In this document: positions 61,410-64,000 of the stretch, piece after piece
Numbering within the stretch: position 1 is the first letter of the stretch
How the letters are laid out: every line of letters begins with the position of its first letter
Origin: a virus
Lineage: Duplodnaviria > Caudoviricetes
Length of the DNA stretch: 64,000 nucleotides
Strand: one strand, 5' to 3'
Virus record (IMG/VR): IMGVR_UViG_3300029288_000067
Location: 1-64,000 of that record
The notes under the pieces: model-generated
Told to the model about the DNA's origin: nothing
Database searches by the model: none
What the model saw: only the letters and a program-made list of their open reading frames with translations
Program-made: the position numbers and the translations under genes

Positions 61410-61438
61410 ATATTACCGCGAGGACTCAATTTATTCAA
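61410..61438 (-). promoter_or_regulatory. phage sigma70-type promoter
   Basis: TTGAAT-17-TAATAT. Confidence 0.6.
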
Positions 61439-61809
61439 GATTATCTTACAATACCCATTTTCAGTAAAACCAAATGAGCAAAAGTTTCTTTCTTGAAAAA
61501 ATTGTAGTCCACTGTATGATTTGGGTAATTTTCTTTCAAAGTTTTAACAATGATATCAAAATAGTTGAACAATTGCTGTTCTGCAAGCTTAATCGCAAAA
61601 CTCTGTAATTCCTTTTGAAATAATTCTGTTCCTTTGTAGGAATTGAACAGATCCTCCCCAAGATGATCCTTGAATTGTTTCATCAAATCAATTGTAGAGA
61701 GTGGTTTGAGACCATCCTCTACACCACTCACTAATGTTTGTTCGGCCCCGGGGGGAAGCTTTGCAATTTCTTCTACAAAACGTGACAAATCTTCATTTGA
61801 TAACATACT

Positions 61810-62625
61810 TTACTCCTGTTCTGTAATTGGTCTGTGTCCTTTGAAAACAAAGGACACTCGATTCTTGATCTTGTGGAGCGGGGGGATAGAAACTTCCACA
61901 ATATCTTTCCGCTCAATTTGTAGATCTGGATTGGACCGGGCATCATGCTTCTCCGGTAATTTCTCCAACTCTTCTGTTGTGAATTTCCGGAAAGAAGAAA
62001 CCTTCTGCAGATAAATCCCTCGCTTGAAGAAATCCGGGAGATCGTTGAAATTTACCCCCTTTTGGAATAACATTTCCTGTTTCTGCTTCCCGTCTTTTCC
62101 CTCAAGCTCTTTGTGGTAGTAATACACCCGTGCAGCCATAGAGATAGCATTTTTTGTTGCATCTTGCTCTCTCCACAGCAAATAATTCACTGCTTCGATG
62201 CACGTTGGGACATTCCAAGCCCTGCAATCAAAAATAGCTGGTCGCGACATCAGCCTTTCCGGAAAGAACAATTTGCAACCCTCCTGGAAAAAATATGTTG
62301 CAAGGGATGCCAACACAGAGTTGATTTTGTAAATCTTCCCATCAAAAATCAATTGTGATTTCGGGTTTTCCTCGTAAAGAATGAGAGAAATCTCATCCGA
62401 CTGGGTATACCCAATAATGGCACTTGTTTCTTCCATCAACTTCCTTGTTACATACGAAAAGATTTTCCGCAGTCTTTCATCATAGGGACGATTCATGCCC
62501 TTCGTGTAACTGTGAAATGCCTTCCCATCAATGCGAATGCAGAGAGGGAGAAGAGGCATAGCAATGAGGGAGGTACCATTCCTCTCATATGCTTTCATGC
62601 GGTTGCCAAAAGAATCATTCTGCAT
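61810..62625 (-). CDS. tRNA(His) guanylyltransferase / Thg1-like 3'-5' polymerase
   Basis: RMKAYE, IRIDGKAFHSYT, GYTQSDEISL, FDCR, YLLWREQDA.KN, FKRG. Confidence 0.92.
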   Translation of the reverse strand: MQNDSFGNRMKAYERNGTSLIAMPLLPLCIRIDGKAFHSYTKGMNRPYDERLRKIFSYVTRKLMEETSAIIGYTQSDEISLILYEENPKSQLIFDGKIYKINSVLASLATYFFQEGCKLFFPERLMSRPAIFDCRAWNVPTCIEAVNYLLWREQDATKNAISMAARVYYYHKELEGKDGKQKQEMLFQKGVNFNDLPDFFKRGIYLQKVSSFRKFTTEELEKLPEKHDARSNPDLQIERKDIVEVSIPPLHKIKNRVSFVFKGHRPITEQE

Positions 62626-62627
62626 AT

Positions 62628-63167
62628 TTACTCCTTGCTGGGCAATGTTTTAAATTCTCGAAATGCCCGGGTATTCTTGAATAGTTTTTTCAATCTACTT
62701 TGATTCTCTACCAAGTAAGTCCAATTGTAGCTCTTATTTTCATGTTCCTTCACAGAGATCAAGAAAGGAGATTTAGCCGTATCCACAGCCACAACTTCAG
62801 CCAAACCCCCAATATCATCAGGAGTTCCCAAACTAGGAAAATAAGAGGAAGGAACATAGATATCTTCGCCCACCTCGGGAAGATTCACCATATTTGTGTA
62901 TAATTTGTTTTTCTTTTGTGGGTTTTCCAGAGACATCATATTGAGGTATTTTTTCAAAATGGCTCGAACATCTGAAATACCCTTGTCCTTTTTATCCCTG
63001 TTAATCAAATCTGATAAAAAGGGATATACATAGTCGAGTTCGCTGAAAGGTATCTTACAATTTCTCAAAGCAATTGAGAGTTTGTGTAAATCATCCGAAA
63101 AAAGAGCTTCTTCCTCGGTCAAAAGAATTCGCCCATCCAAAGACTTGTATGCAGTAATTTTTTCCAT
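62628..63167 (-). CDS. hypothetical protein
   Basis: ORF track, AGGA RBS. Confidence 0.55.
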   Translation of the reverse strand: MEKITAYKSLDGRILLTEEEALFSDDLHKLSIALRNCKIPFSELDYVYPFLSDLINRDKKDKGISDVRAILKKYLNMMSLENPQKKNKLYTNMVNLPEVGEDIYVPSSYFPSLGTPDDIGGLAEVVAVDTAKSPFLISVKEHENKSYNWTYLVENQSRLKKLFKNTRAFREFKTLPSKE

Positions 63168-63705
63168 ATTTTCCTTCTGAGTTAATCCAAAATAATTGAA
63201 AATTCATTTGCGAAATCTCGGGATATCTCCAAGCCCTCGAAACTAACGAGGAGACCCTTTTTATTCTTATTCTTTTCAAACAAGCCAAGAGCAACAACTT
63301 CCACGACAAGCATTCGGTAACAATGGCAACCCAGAGTTAACTGACTTGGTGTTTTTCCCGTGGATTGGATATACCAGTCAACAGAGTTATGGATTATATC
63401 ACAGATTTTCGTAGGATTTTCCATATGTTTCTCCCGGGTCACAACGTTTTCTTAACCAAGCCCTTCGTTTTTGCTTTCTGTGCTTCTACCTTTTTTACAT
63501 ACTTTGAAACAGCGGAAAAGAATTCATCAACCCTGTTAATGAAATCATCAATCTGTGTGGGGGTCATATCGTGAAGAATAATATCCGTCAACTCAATATG
63601 GAGTTCATTTCGAAAAACTAATCGGGCATCTGCTTCCCTACATTCTTTTTCGGTTTGATGATAAGACCCATCTTCGGACTGATATACAATTTTCATATTT
63701 TCCTC

Positions 63706-64000
63706 CTAGATATGTTTGTTTTCGAGGTGTCTTTTTGCTTCCGTATAAAGGACTTTTTCTACCCGGCGTTTATTTTTTTCCTTGAGAGACTCATACTTAA
63801 TAACCCGGATTTTTCCGAGAGAGGGATTCCGCAAAATATTGATGCCTGCAATTTCATAGTCTTCAATTGCGAGTCGGGGCATACCTCTCCGACCATCGTA
63901 ATCGGCCCCATAGTTGGACTCTTCATACAGGCTCAGAGTTACAACACCAGAAACAACAACAGCCTGACAGGAGTTTTCACAGAGAATATCTTCTACGGTC
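63706..64000 (-). CDS. hypothetical protein, 5'-truncated by the window edge
   Basis: Open frame running off the right edge, TAG at 63706-63708. Confidence 0.45.
   Translation of the reverse strand, partial: TVEDILCENSCQAVVVSGVVTLSLYEESNYGADYDGRRGMPRLAIEDYEIAGINILRNPSLGKIRVIKYESLKEKNKRRVEKVLYTEAKRHLENKHI

Noticed and set aside
6127-63574. Most + strand ORFs listed beyond 6.1 kb
   Set aside because: Antisense shadows of tightly packed minus-strand genes, without RBS or recognisable motifs
1-64000. Stop-codon reassignment
   Set aside because: Conserved genes are full length in code 11. TAG and TGA end genes at tight operon junctions, and the split genes are not single in-frame stop read-throughs.

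Overview
This 64-kb window looks like part of a large (jumbo-type) tailed dsDNA phage genome: AT-rich, densely coded and read with the standard genetic code. A short + strand block (1-6062) holds a DUF5661-like protein and the terminase large subunit. It converges at a bidirectional terminator on a ~58-kb minus-strand block. That block encodes replication/recombination proteins (RecA/UvsX, RuvC-like resolvase, SSB, ATP-dependent ligase, family-A polymerase, UvrD helicase, Rad50/SbcC half), three orphan DNA methyltransferases, a sigma-like protein, CoaE, two radical-SAM enzymes, Thg1 and many small hypothetical ORFs. Twelve tRNA genes can be folded by hand, none encoding CCA; one is tRNA-Leu(UAA) interrupted by a 467-nt group I intron. 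Three observations stand out. (1) At least five unexplained structured non-coding RNA candidates sit among the tRNAs, including a 168-nt rod with 6S-RNA-like architecture and a 115-nt tRNA/tmRNA-like molecule. (2) Several DNA-metabolism enzymes are split: UvrD halves 4.3 kb apart, PolA in two ORFs, a Rad50 C-half only, and a stand-alone primase Zn finger. (3) A small ORF next to the terminase ends in a terminase Walker-B-like peptide. All assignments come from motif recognition and manual folding; no searches were run.
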